Positions 17,703 through 26,155 of a stretch of 64,000 nucleotides of DNA are shown in pieces. The position numbers and the translations under genes are program-made. Numbering within the stretch: the stretch's first letter is position 1; each line of letters opens with the position of its first letter. The stretch is from Minisyncoccota bacterium (GTDB lineage: Bacteria > Patescibacteriota > Minisyncoccia > Phycocordibacterales > Phycocordibacteraceae), in contig DASPLK010000002.1 in assembly GCA_035627595.1 (NCBI GenBank), positions 224,481-288,480 of the forward strand, given 5' to 3'. Under the pieces are notes generated by a model. The model did no database searches. It saw only the letters and a program-made list of their open reading frames with translations, and was not told the DNA's origin.

Positions 17703-19016
17703 TTACAACCCAAGAACGGAACGGACGGTGTTTACCGTATTACGAATCGTATCTGATCCAGAGGAAGAGCTTGTTGAAGAGCTATCGCTGTCGTTTTGGG
17801 AATCCTCATCATCCTGGGAATCCTGTGAAGCATCATCACCGCGAGAATTATCCGATGAACTCTTATCGTTTTTCTTATCCCTATCGCTTTCCTCATCATT
17901 TGCGTCCTCTGCATCTGTACTGGTAGCAGTGTCTCCATCATCGGACTCTGGAATCTTAAGCAGCATCACTGCAGCATCAGCGGGACCGGTAGCTGCTGCA
18001 GACGCCTCCTCTGTAGCGGGCACAGATGCGGAAGAAGACTCGATCGCCCGAGTCGGAATCGGCTGGGGGGCAAGCGCAAGGATGCCCCGGTTACGAGCGA
18101 GTATTGAAGCTTCATGCGTGAAGCGCGCGGCGGCCTGAGTTGCGACGTATGCAATACCACCCTCTCCACGCGCGCTCGATGCACGCGCGCTCTCAAGCGC
18201 TACACGTGCAGCATTGATGCGAGCATCTATACTTCCTCCTGCCGCGCCTTCGACCTTAGTCGTGCGAGCAACCTCTTCCGTCACACGCTCTGCAACCTCT
18301 ATCTGCCTATCTCCGTACGCTAGCGCCCTGCGAGACACCTCGGTTTCTGTCTCCTGACGCTCAGCCGCAACCGTATCGCGCTTCTCTGCGATGCGCGCAA
18401 GTAGCTTTGCCGCTTCAGGTCGCTCTGCATCTGAGGCAATGTATGAAAATAGATCCACATGCGCGGAAAGGCGTGCTTCAAGATCCGAATGCACGGCAAG
18501 CGCGACCGCAACATCACCCTTGGCGCGCACTTCCCCAGCAGCACCACTTGAGCGCTCAGCGTGACGTGCGAACCGCTCTTCAAGGTCTATGCGCGTAACC
18601 TCATCAAGCCTGTCTGTCGTGGCAAGCGTCGCAGCTTCAGTAAGGCGTCTCTCAGCGAGTATCGCGTTCCAGGTAGCGCGTGCCTTCGCGTCATACAAAA
18701 GCGCGCTCTCCAACGGTTCTACAACCTGCGTCTTTACTGCGTAAAGCTTATCGCCAGGGAGGGCGCCATTTGATGCATATGCAACGCCGCCCATGGATAC
18801 AGCAATAAGAAGCGCCGCAAAGCCGCCCTGAAGGAGGCGGAGCGAGAGCGGCTCAAATAGGGAAAGGCGAGAACGCGTCGGGAGGGTATTCGATATCGCA
18901 TGTAAATCGGCGTAGGCGGCGAGGCGCTCGCGAACGACGTCGCGCACGCGCGGCTGCATCTGTATACGCCGCATATAGTCGGAAAGTATTCGAACGAAAT
19001 CCTTGAATGTGTTCAT
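17703..19016 (-). CDS. DUF5667-like membrane protein, probable anti-sigma factor; Asp/Ser-rich tail
   Basis: TM followed by ALPGDKLYAVK...E and ERRLTEA motifs; ATGA overlap with the ECF sigma gene. Confidence 0.75.
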   Translation of the reverse strand: MNTFKDFVRILSDYMRRIQMQPRVRDVVRERLAAYADLHAISNTLPTRSRLSLFEPLSLRLLQGGFAALLIAVSMGGVAYASNGALPGDKLYAVKTQVVEPLESALLYDAKARATWNAILAERRLTEAATLATTDRLDEVTRIDLEERFARHAERSSGAAGEVRAKGDVAVALAVHSDLEARLSAHVDLFSYIASDAERPEAAKLLARIAEKRDTVAAERQETETEVSRRALAYGDRQIEVAERVTEEVARTTKVEGAAGGSIDARINAARVALESARASSARGEGGIAYVATQAAARFTHEASILARNRGILALAPQPIPTRAIESSSASVPATEEASAAATGPADAAVMLLKIPESDDGDTATSTDAEDANDEESDRDKKNDKSSSDNSRGDDASQDSQDDEDSQNDSDSSSTSSSSGSDTIRNTVNTVRSVLGL

Positions 19017-19516
19017 ACTGCGTGTATAAGCCCTTGCACCTTCTTTATAGCGCGATTGATGCGCACTGATACTGCGTTTGCTGATTCGCCGGACATCGCC
19101 GCAATCTCCTTAGGCGTGAACCCGTCGACAAACCGGAGGATAAGCGCCTCTCGAGAATCCTCGTCGAGCTGATCGATGACGCGAAGCACTTCATTCATCT
19201 CAGCGCTTCGCTCTATCTTCTTGTGATCATCATTTCCGAAGTCGATACCCTGTTCGGTTAGAACATCTAGCGAGCTCTCCTTCTTCTTACGGTACCAGTC
19301 GATGATTAGGTTACGGGCGAGTGTATAGAGGTAGGCGCGCTCGTTCTTCATCTTCTCCCCTTCACGGATGGTCTGCCAGTACCTCATGAAGACCTCCTGG
19401 GTTAGATCCTGCGCCAGTTCCCGATTCGTAACCTTCACGGAGCAGAAACGGTATATGTCATTAGCATACGTATCATACGTACGCAGGAAGTCCGCCTTCA
19501 GTTCCGTCTGGTCCAT
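19013..19516 (-). CDS. ECF RNA polymerase sigma factor
   Basis: AQDLTQEVF, YLYTLARNLIIDWYRK (region 2) and TPKEIAAMSG..AVSVRINRA (region 4); start MDQTEL. Confidence 0.94.
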   Translation of the reverse strand: MDQTELKADFLRTYDTYANDIYRFCSVKVTNRELAQDLTQEVFMRYWQTIREGEKMKNERAYLYTLARNLIIDWYRKKKESSLDVLTEQGIDFGNDDHKKIERSAEMNEVLRVIDQLDEDSREALILRFVDGFTPKEIAAMSGESANAVSVRINRAIKKVQGLIHAV

Positions 19517-19519
19517 AGT

Positions 19520-19549
19520 TATGACGAGTGCACCCCTACCGCTCTTACC
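19520..19549 (-). promoter_or_regulatory. Putative ECF promoter (GGTAAG-N17-CGTCATA), giving a near-leaderless sigma transcript
   Basis: Minus strand GGTAAG agcggtaggggtgcact CGTC ataact ATG; resembles the site at 20657-20685. Confidence 0.5.
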
Positions 19550-19684
19550 AGCGAAAACCGGCGCATGTTCAACTATAGCAAACGCTGTGAGCGATGGGTC
19601 AGGAAGGGTGCCGCCCGAAGAGCTCGTGTTTTGACGAGCTCTTGTATGCACCTCCGGCGTATGTGCGTCGGCGCGCTGCATTGG

Positions 19685-20431
19685 CTAGTTCGGCACTACG
19701 TCCACAGCAGCTGAAGTATCTCCTGTCACAGCTGAATTGATGCCGGTCTCATCAGACTGAAGCTCAGCGGAGTTGGTGGTGTCTGCAGAGACATCTACTG
19801 ATCCGGCAAGTGCAGATGCGATCTCGGCAAGTACCAGTGCCTGGGTTCGCGTATTCATGGAACCCGCTGATTCTCCGAGTGCAGTGCGTACGCGGGACTC
19901 GATGGAAGTTGCCGTATCGGCTGAAAGGCCTGATGCGAGGAAGCTGTACCAAGGACGAGAAATCTCTACCCTGCCATCACCAGAGACTACGACACGGGAC
20001 GTAACCTGGTGCGGGATAAAGCCGAAGAGCTTGGCGTCCTCTTTGAAGCGGAAGGAGAGTCGGTCAGACGCAACATCGACTCCCTCGAATGAATCGTTCG
20101 TTCGAAGCGTCGTCGCTGCAAATACCTCGAGATCGCTCTCCGTGTTTACGCTATCGGCACTCATCGGCGTACCCGAGGAGTTCGTTACGGATGCATCGGT
20201 ACGAGTAAGAGTGAATCCCGTGGCAGTGTTTGTTGCCGCATCGGTTTCAGTGTCGTCTGTGCTTACCTCCGCATCCGCTTCGACCTCCGCGTCAGCATCG
20301 ACTGATGTCGTGTCGCCTGTGTTTGCATCAACTCCGCCGCCTACAGATATGTCGATGTTTTGTGCGTAAGCAGGCAACGCGCCAAGCGCAAGCGTGAGCA
20401 GGAGGGCGCTAATAGTTTTAACTGCAGTCAT
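19685..20431 (-). CDS. Secreted acidic hypothetical protein
   Basis: Signal peptide ending AYA; AKLFGFIP...RPWY motif; upstream of the ECF sigma gene. Confidence 0.8.
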   Translation of the reverse strand: MTAVKTISALLLTLALGALPAYAQNIDISVGGGVDANTGDTTSVDADAEVEADAEVSTDDTETDAATNTATGFTLTRTDASVTNSSGTPMSADSVNTESDLEVFAATTLRTNDSFEGVDVASDRLSFRFKEDAKLFGFIPHQVTSRVVVSGDGRVEISRPWYSFLASGLSADTATSIESRVRTALGESAGSMNTRTQALVLAEIASALAGSVDVSADTTNSAELQSDETGINSAVTGDTSAAVDVVPN

Positions 20432-20511
20432 AGGAAGGTCTGTTAGGGAAAGGCTTCTAGGTAAGTGCGCACGAAGCGCCCCGCATACGCGGAGCACTCC
20501 GGTACTGCCTA

Positions 20512-20607
20512 TTAGGCAGCGTTTGCGATAGCAAAGGCGCCGAGGATACTGGCGATGACCAGTGCCGGTACCGCTATCATCAGATCGTGTTTGAGGCTAT
20601 CAAGCAT
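20512..20607 (-). CDS. 31-aa hydrophobic small protein (not in ORF track)
   Basis: MLDSLKHDLMIAVPALVIASILGAFAIANAA; lies between an ECF-like promoter and the operon. Confidence 0.45.
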   Translation of the reverse strand: MLDSLKHDLMIAVPALVIASILGAFAIANAA

Positions 20608-20656
20608 AGTAGTGATGATTACTCGTTGCTAAATCGCACCGACCACTGCTGTCATA

Positions 20657-20685
20657 TATGACGTGTTCACATGTGCTTCGTTACC
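20657..20685 (-). promoter_or_regulatory. Putative ECF promoter (GGTAAC-N16-CGTCATA)
   Basis: Fits the generic ECF AAC/CGT consensus; heads the sigma/anti-sigma gene run. Confidence 0.55.
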
Positions 20686-20756
20686 GCGTGTAGGTCTCGC
20701 ACGTACACGTAGTAAGCACTAATGTGGATGATGATTTCGTGAGGTAGGATAAAGGA

Positions 20757-21026
20757 ATGGAACATCTTTCGGAACTTGAACTCAGACATCGGCTCAGCGA
20801 GGCCGAGGCGCTTGTCGAAAAAGGTGCGCGCTATGCGCACTACAAACACCCAGAGCAGTCGTACTCTGTCATTGGCTTTGCGATCCGTGAGGACTCCCAG
20901 GACGTCTGTGTTATCTACGAAGCCGAGTATGGCGAAACGATTCCGTTCATACGGACGCTTGCAAGTTTTGTGGAGAGCGTTGAGGTAGACGGAGTAAGCG
21001 TTCCTCGCTTCTCGCGCCTCCCCTAG
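20757..21026 (+). CDS. DUF1653 family protein
   Basis: YAHYK...Y-VIGFA...VIYEAEYG...FIR-L-SF-E...PRF pattern. Confidence 0.85.
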   Translation: MEHLSELELRHRLSEAEALVEKGARYAHYKHPEQSYSVIGFAIREDSQDVCVIYEAEYGETIPFIRTLASFVESVEVDGVSVPRFSRLP

Positions 21027-22474
21027 TCAAGTACGTACGCTATATCGGCCTCAGCACCTTCAAGTCGCGCGATAAGCTCATCATGCTCGCGTGCAGTGAG
21101 TACACGCACACTCTTTCCATTTCTCGAGTCTAAAAGATACCGCGCAAGTATCTTGTAGGTATCATAGTCGAATGCTTGGCTTGGCTCTACCAGCGGACTG
21201 TAGTCTTCGCCATCATATCGGTAGCATCCAGCAAGTATCCAATTGTCTATAAGGAAGACTGTGCCGGCACTTTCCGATTCTGCCTCGGTTATTAGGACAG
21301 GGCCTCGGTACGGCCAGGTACGCAGCTTGCGCGCCTTAAACGCCTCCTCTATGCGTGCGTTATGCACTTGGGCTGATGCTTTCCCAAGACATGCGCCGTC
21401 GCACTGTCCGAGCTGGCGCGCGAAGCATGCTGTCTTGGCTTCTTCAATGCCAAGAAGTTTGTGGCAGATGCCATACTCCTTCGCAAGAACGCGAAGCTTG
21501 GCCTTGCCCTGTGTCGTCGTGCGAAATACAGCAAGGACATCCTCGCCCGGGCTCTCCGCATCCGCACGTTCAAGCGCCACGTGCGCATATCCGTCCTCAA
21601 GCCTTTTCCTTGCGATAACAAGTGTCTTTCGCTTCCTCAGCGCTCGGTTATACAAAGGCTGCTGCTTCTTAATGAGCGATGCTTCCAAAATGAGGGCGGA
21701 GAGTTCTCCCGAGGTACGCACAGCGCTTACAGACCGCGCATCATCCGTGATCCTCTTCCCTTGCATGTCGGTGCGCGCAAAATGAGAGCGGGCGCGGCTT
21801 CTCACATGTTTAGACTTCCCTACATACAGAAGCTCCTCATCTGGACCATAAAAGAGATACACGCCTGCGGAATCAGGAAGCGTAGAAAGTGTTTCCTTAG
21901 CCGGAAAACGGGTTGCGCGCCCCGTACGCACGCGATGTACCGCATCAGCAAGCCGGGCTTCAGGCGTATGCATGGCAGCATCCTGCATGAAGTCCCATAC
22001 CGCCTCAGCGTCTGGGAGCGCGCGGTGCCTTATCGGGGCGGTAAGTCCATGTCGTGCAATGACCGCATCAAGACTGTGCCCTCGCGCGTCTGGATACAGT
22101 GCTCGAGATAGCGCGACCGTGCACAAGCGCTCAGGCGCAAATGGCATGTCCAAGCGCTTGAACTCGTGCTGCATGAAGTTGAAATCGAACGCGGCGTTAT
22201 GCGCGACGAAGACTGCATCTTTAAGGAGCTCCTCGACTTGGAGCGCGACGTCCTCGAATTGCGGTGCTCGGGCGACATCCTCCTCGCGTATGGTTGTAAA
22301 GCTCTGTATAGAAGGTGGGATACGCGTACCGGGATTAAGGAGTGTAGAGAATCTCTCCACGACTCTACCGTGCTCGACGCGGATGATACCTATGTCCATG
22401 ACACGGGAATACGGCGGACGCATTCCGGTTGTCTCAGTGTCGATGATGGAAAAAACTTCTGGGTACGCCTTCAT
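21023..22474 (-). CDS. DEDDh (Pol III epsilon-like) exonuclease fused to GIY-YIG Cho/UvrC-like nuclease
   Basis: IIDTETTG, VAHNAAFD and HRALPDA; then LPDSAGVYLFY..LLYVGKS and a Cys cluster CHKLLG..CF..CDGAC. Confidence 0.92.
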   Translation of the reverse strand: MKAYPEVFSIIDTETTGMRPPYSRVMDIGIIRVEHGRVVERFSTLLNPGTRIPPSIQSFTTIREEDVARAPQFEDVALQVEELLKDAVFVAHNAAFDFNFMQHEFKRLDMPFAPERLCTVALSRALYPDARGHSLDAVIARHGLTAPIRHRALPDAEAVWDFMQDAAMHTPEARLADAVHRVRTGRATRFPAKETLSTLPDSAGVYLFYGPDEELLYVGKSKHVRSRARSHFARTDMQGKRITDDARSVSAVRTSGELSALILEASLIKKQQPLYNRALRKRKTLVIARKRLEDGYAHVALERADAESPGEDVLAVFRTTTQGKAKLRVLAKEYGICHKLLGIEEAKTACFARQLGQCDGACLGKASAQVHNARIEEAFKARKLRTWPYRGPVLITEAESESAGTVFLIDNWILAGCYRYDGEDYSPLVEPSQAFDYDTYKILARYLLDSRNGKSVRVLTAREHDELIARLEGAEADIAYVLD

Positions 22475-22494
22475 ACAAGAACAAGGGACGCGAA

Positions 22495-23781
22495 TTATCG
22501 CACTTTTCCCAAAAACGGGATATCGATCGTCTTCTTGCGTGCCTCTATCGGCATGCGCGCGTGGCGGGTGCCGCGGCTCTTGAGGGAATCTTCTCGCGCT
22601 TGCACGGCAGTGAGGCTTGAGGCGAGAAACACCGTATGCCGTCCGTAGCGACGGTTCAGTCGGTCGATGGCCTCAAGCTTCTTTTCAGACTTGGTATTCG
22701 CCGCTTCTTGCGTACCGAAGAGATCGCGAGTCATTCCTTCCTCTATGACAAGAGAGCGGAGCGTGATGCCACTTGCCCGATAGAGCACCATTGGGTCGTA
22801 TACCTCATCAAATTCAGCGGCGATAAGCCGCAGCAGTTCCGCCGGATCATCGAGCGCGACCGGAAGCGTAAGCTGGCGGCCGTAGTACGTAAACTCCTGA
22901 GTCTTGAGGTAAAACGAAAGTGCCTTGGCTCGCACATGATGCCTCCTGGCTTTTACACAGGCAGCTTCCACGTTCTTCGAGAGCTCCGCATATATGACCT
23001 CCCGTTCGCGGGTTGGTCGGAACGTGTGCGTCTTCATAATAGAGCCGATACGATGGTTTGAAGTATTCGAGAGCGGCTTCACGAAGTGTCCGTTCAGTTC
23101 TGCCCAGATCTCCCGAAGTGGCTTCTCAAAGCGATTCTCGGAAAGCCATGCGTCGGTTTGCTGCGCATACTCAAGGGCGCCCGTTATCCCGAGGCGCTCA
23201 AGCCGAAGACTCGATGTGCCTCCAAGTCCCCATATACTGCCGGCACGCAGCGTCCCGAGGTAGTCCGCTATCTGTTCTCTTGGAATTGCGGTGAGCCCGG
23301 CAGGCTTTCTATACTTCGAAGCAACTTTTGCCAAAGTTTTATTGGGAGCAAGTCCGACTCCGAATGTGACGCCGAGCTCTTCTTCAAGCCGTGCCTTGAT
23401 GAGAAGTGCGATGCGCTCGTACGACATGCCGAAGCGGGCATCGAGTCCCGTTATCTCCGCAAAGCATTCGTCGATACTGTATTCCTCGACGATAGGTGTG
23501 AATGAGCGGACGATGGAATACATTCTGCGTGCATAGATAGAGTACGCCGTGTAGTTGCCCGGCACGATGACGGCTTCCGGACAGGTGAGCTTGATTTCTC
23601 TCATGTTCATGCCGCGCGAGACGCCTCGAGCCTTGGCCTCGTATGAGATAGAAGTCGCTGCTCCACGTTCTGCACCGGTTACCACCGGCTTCCCTTTAAG
23701 CGTATGGTTAAGAACCTGCTCTATGGACGCGAAGAACGCATCGCCGTCGAAGTGGAGTATGGCGCGTGGATATGGGTTCAT
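22495..23781 (-). CDS. dinB: Y-family DNA polymerase (DinB/Pol IV-like)
   Basis: HFDGDAFFAS, SYEAKARG, YSIDECF, NKTLAKVAS and KPAG; C-terminal AIDRLNRRYG. Confidence 0.88.
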   Translation of the reverse strand: MNPYPRAILHFDGDAFFASIEQVLNHTLKGKPVVTGAERGAATSISYEAKARGVSRGMNMREIKLTCPEAVIVPGNYTAYSIYARRMYSIVRSFTPIVEEYSIDECFAEITGLDARFGMSYERIALLIKARLEEELGVTFGVGLAPNKTLAKVASKYRKPAGLTAIPREQIADYLGTLRAGSIWGLGGTSSLRLERLGITGALEYAQQTDAWLSENRFEKPLREIWAELNGHFVKPLSNTSNHRIGSIMKTHTFRPTREREVIYAELSKNVEAACVKARRHHVRAKALSFYLKTQEFTYYGRQLTLPVALDDPAELLRLIAAEFDEVYDPMVLYRASGITLRSLVIEEGMTRDLFGTQEAANTKSEKKLEAIDRLNRRYGRHTVFLASSLTAVQAREDSLKSRGTRHARMPIEARKKTIDIPFLGKVR

Positions 23782-24344
23782 ACATACTTGCGAAAAGTTG
23801 CGGTCACGACCCCAATAATCTCTCCTTCCTTTGGGTAGATGTCCGGGTACTTCTCATTCGCTGCCTCAAGATAATAGGTGGCACCTCTTTTCCTTAAGTA
23901 CTTGAGCGTATATCCATCCTCGGTCAGAGCGACCACGATCTGACCTGGCTTGTGATCGTGAGTTCGCTCGAAGACGACCATGTCGCCATTGTGTATGCCG
24001 GCGTCCTCCATGGAATCACCCTCTACCTCGAGCAGGTAGCTCGCTTCGGGGCGCCGTATAAGGTATTCACCTATCGAAATGGTATCTGCGAGCTCTTCTT
24101 CTGCGGGGGCCGCGAAGCCTGCGCGAATGTGTCCGACGAGTGGTAGCTCGTGGAGGGCGGCGGCAGGCACGAGTCGACCGGTCCGATCCTTATCAGCTAC
24201 ACCCGCGGCAATTAGCTTTTGGACCACGTAGTGCGCAGAGCTTCTCGAAGAGAGCCCGCAGAGCTCCATGACCTCAGTGATAGAGGGCATGCGCTTATTC
24301 GCGCGGTAGAACTTCAGGATGCTGCTCTTGTACGCCTCGTTCAT
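23778..24344 (-). CDS. lexA: LexA-family repressor (HTH + S24 peptidase)
   Basis: MPSITEVMELCGLSSRSS HTH, Ala-Gly cleavage site (IRAGF), catalytic GDSM and TLK. Confidence 0.9.
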   Translation of the reverse strand: MNEAYKSSILKFYRANKRMPSITEVMELCGLSSRSSAHYVVQKLIAAGVADKDRTGRLVPAAALHELPLVGHIRAGFAAPAEEELADTISIGEYLIRRPEASYLLEVEGDSMEDAGIHNGDMVVFERTHDHKPGQIVVALTEDGYTLKYLRKRGATYYLEAANEKYPDIYPKEGEIIGVVTATFRKYV

Positions 24345-24352
24345 CAGGTATA

Positions 24353-24382
24353 AGTATATTCGAACAATTGTTCGATGGTCAA
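24353..24382 (-). promoter_or_regulatory. lexA promoter (TTGACC-N18-TATACT) with a 16-bp palindromic operator TCGAACAATTGTTCGA in the spacer
   Basis: Perfect palindrome at 24360-24375 with the GAAC-N4-GTTC core of Gram-positive-type SOS boxes. Confidence 0.8.
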
Positions 24383-24427
24383 CAGTGTCTTCCCCAGGTC
24401 CCGCATCGCCTGCTACTATACGTATCC

Positions 24428-24778
24428 ATGACGACCTATACCGGCGGATGCCATTGCGGGAAAGTGCGCTACGAAGTTGATGCGGAAATCTCCTCCGTTA
24501 TCAGCTGTAACTGTTCGCACTGCAGCATGAAGGGACTGCTGCTCACCTTCGTTCCTATCGACTCGTTCCGCCTCCTTTCAGGCGAGGATAGCCTCACAGA
24601 GTACCGTTTCAACAAGAAGGTTATTGAGCATGTTTTCTGCAAGGAGTGTGGTGTACAGCCCTTCGCATACGGCGTAGACAAGGACGGTAACCGTATGGCG
24701 ACCATAAACATCCGCTGTCTCGATGGCGTTAATATCGAAGAGATTCCGGCGACCGTTTTCGATGGGCGTTCCTACTGA
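24428..24778 (+). CDS. GFA (CENP-V/aldehyde-activating) family Zn-binding protein
   Basis: GGCHCGKVRY, CNCSHC, FCKECG and INIRCLD. Confidence 0.93.
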   Translation: MTTYTGGCHCGKVRYEVDAEISSVISCNCSHCSMKGLLLTFVPIDSFRLLSGEDSLTEYRFNKKVIEHVFCKECGVQPFAYGVDKDGNRMATINIRCLDGVNIEEIPATVFDGRSY

Positions 24779-24820
24779 CATTCATCCCCTCTTTATCCGT
24801 CTACCTCTAAGTACCTACCT

Positions 24821-25189
24821 ATGACCCAAGCAAACAAGACCCGAATCATCGTCATCGCGCTCGTCATCGCCGTACTGGCGGTGTTCGCTTACGCTATTTA
24901 TTACAATTCAACCAAGGAAGTAGCGGCGCCAAGCCCGCACGAGGAGATCAATCAGCGGGCAGACGCAATTGAAAACTATGTTCGTGCGCGCCTTGCAGAG
25001 CTTTCACCGGTTGCGCCTACCATGGGCGGCACGTTCTACGTTACCCGCATTCGTCTTCTGGACGGTGAAGGTACCGTCAACTACGAGGATGGCCACATGG
25101 CATACGTCGCTGACTTCACGTACACCATCACTGAGGACAATCGTAACGTAGAGGTAACTTCGTTCACGCTACGCGAAGACGCTCGGTAG
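24821..25189 (+). CDS. Membrane-anchored hypothetical protein
   Basis: N-terminal TM; ISxLSP-like ELSP..GGTFYVT..YEDGH motif. Confidence 0.75.
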   Translation: MTQANKTRIIVIALVIAVLAVFAYAIYYNSTKEVAAPSPHEEINQRADAIENYVRARLAELSPVAPTMGGTFYVTRIRLLDGEGTVNYEDGHMAYVADFTYTITEDNRNVEVTSFTLREDAR

Positions 25190-25205
25190 CGTATACTTAG
25201 CCGCA

Positions 25206-25916
25206 ATGGATAGCGGCTTTCCCATGCGCATAAACAAGTACCTGTCTCAAAAGGGCTACGCAACTAGGCGTGGTGCGGATGAGCTTGTTCAAAAGGGCCA
25301 GGTATTCATAAACGGCCGCAAGGCAGTACTTGGCGACAAGGTGGAGGAGTCTGATGAGGTTACCGTAAAGACACGCGGGAAGAAGCATTATCGGTACTAC
25401 GCGTTTAATAAGCCCAAGGGCATCGTCACGCACTCCGCTCAGGGAGACGACCAGGATATTGAGGACGCTATAAAGCGCACACCCGAACTCAGAGGTGTGT
25501 ACCCCATTGGTCGCCTTGATAAGGAGTCCTACGGGCTAGTTATTCTTACCGATGATGGGCGCGTTACCGATCGCCTACTTAATCCAGAGCACTCACACGA
25601 GAAGGAGTACACCGTGAAGGTTTCAAACCGTTTGCGTTCTAACTTCAAGGAGCGCATGGAAGCGGGCGTCGATATCGAGGGCTACATGACCAAGCCCGCC
25701 AGAGTCCGTATCAATGGCGAAACATCATTCACGATCACCCTTACCGAGGGAAAGAAGCACCAGATCCGCCGCATGGTAGCGGCCATGTTCAACGAGGTGC
25801 GCGAACTAAAGCGTACGCGCGTTATGAACATACGGCTTGGCAAGCTCCCATCCGGGAGCTATCGCGCCATAGAAGGCGAAGAGCTTGCTGAGTTCCTTAG
25901 CTCGATCGGGTTGTAA
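25206..25916 (+). CDS. rRNA pseudouridine synthase (RsuA/RluB/RluF family)
   Basis: S4 domain MRINKYL, NKPKG, GRLDKES and LTEGKKHQIRRM. Confidence 0.95.
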   Translation: MDSGFPMRINKYLSQKGYATRRGADELVQKGQVFINGRKAVLGDKVEESDEVTVKTRGKKHYRYYAFNKPKGIVTHSAQGDDQDIEDAIKRTPELRGVYPIGRLDKESYGLVILTDDGRVTDRLLNPEHSHEKEYTVKVSNRLRSNFKERMEAGVDIEGYMTKPARVRINGETSFTITLTEGKKHQIRRMVAAMFNEVRELKRTRVMNIRLGKLPSGSYRAIEGEELAEFLSSIGL

Positions 25917-26154
25917 TCAAGGCAAGCTTCTCCTTTCGCGAGAGCCGCTTCAGCGCCATTTCCCGTATGAGCGCAGAGCTCTGGGACGGATGGAGCTCCA
26001 TATACTGCAGCGTCACGGGACGCCTGCTTTTGGTATAGCGAGCCCCTTTGGGTGATTCGTTATGTTCCTTGATTCGGCGCTCTACATCTGCGGTGGCGCC
26101 AATGTAGAGAGTCTGGTCCGCGCACTGAGCGATGTACACGTACCACTGACCCAT
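25897..26154 (-). CDS. Small GIY-YIG nuclease (YhbQ/YazA family)
   Basis: WYVYIAQCAD-TLYIG, RIKEHN, GARYTKSRRP and ALIRE. Confidence 0.9.
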   Translation of the reverse strand: MGQWYVYIAQCADQTLYIGATADVERRIKEHNESPKGARYTKSRRPVTLQYMELHPSQSSALIREMALKRLSRKEKLALITTRSS

Positions 26155-26155
26155 G

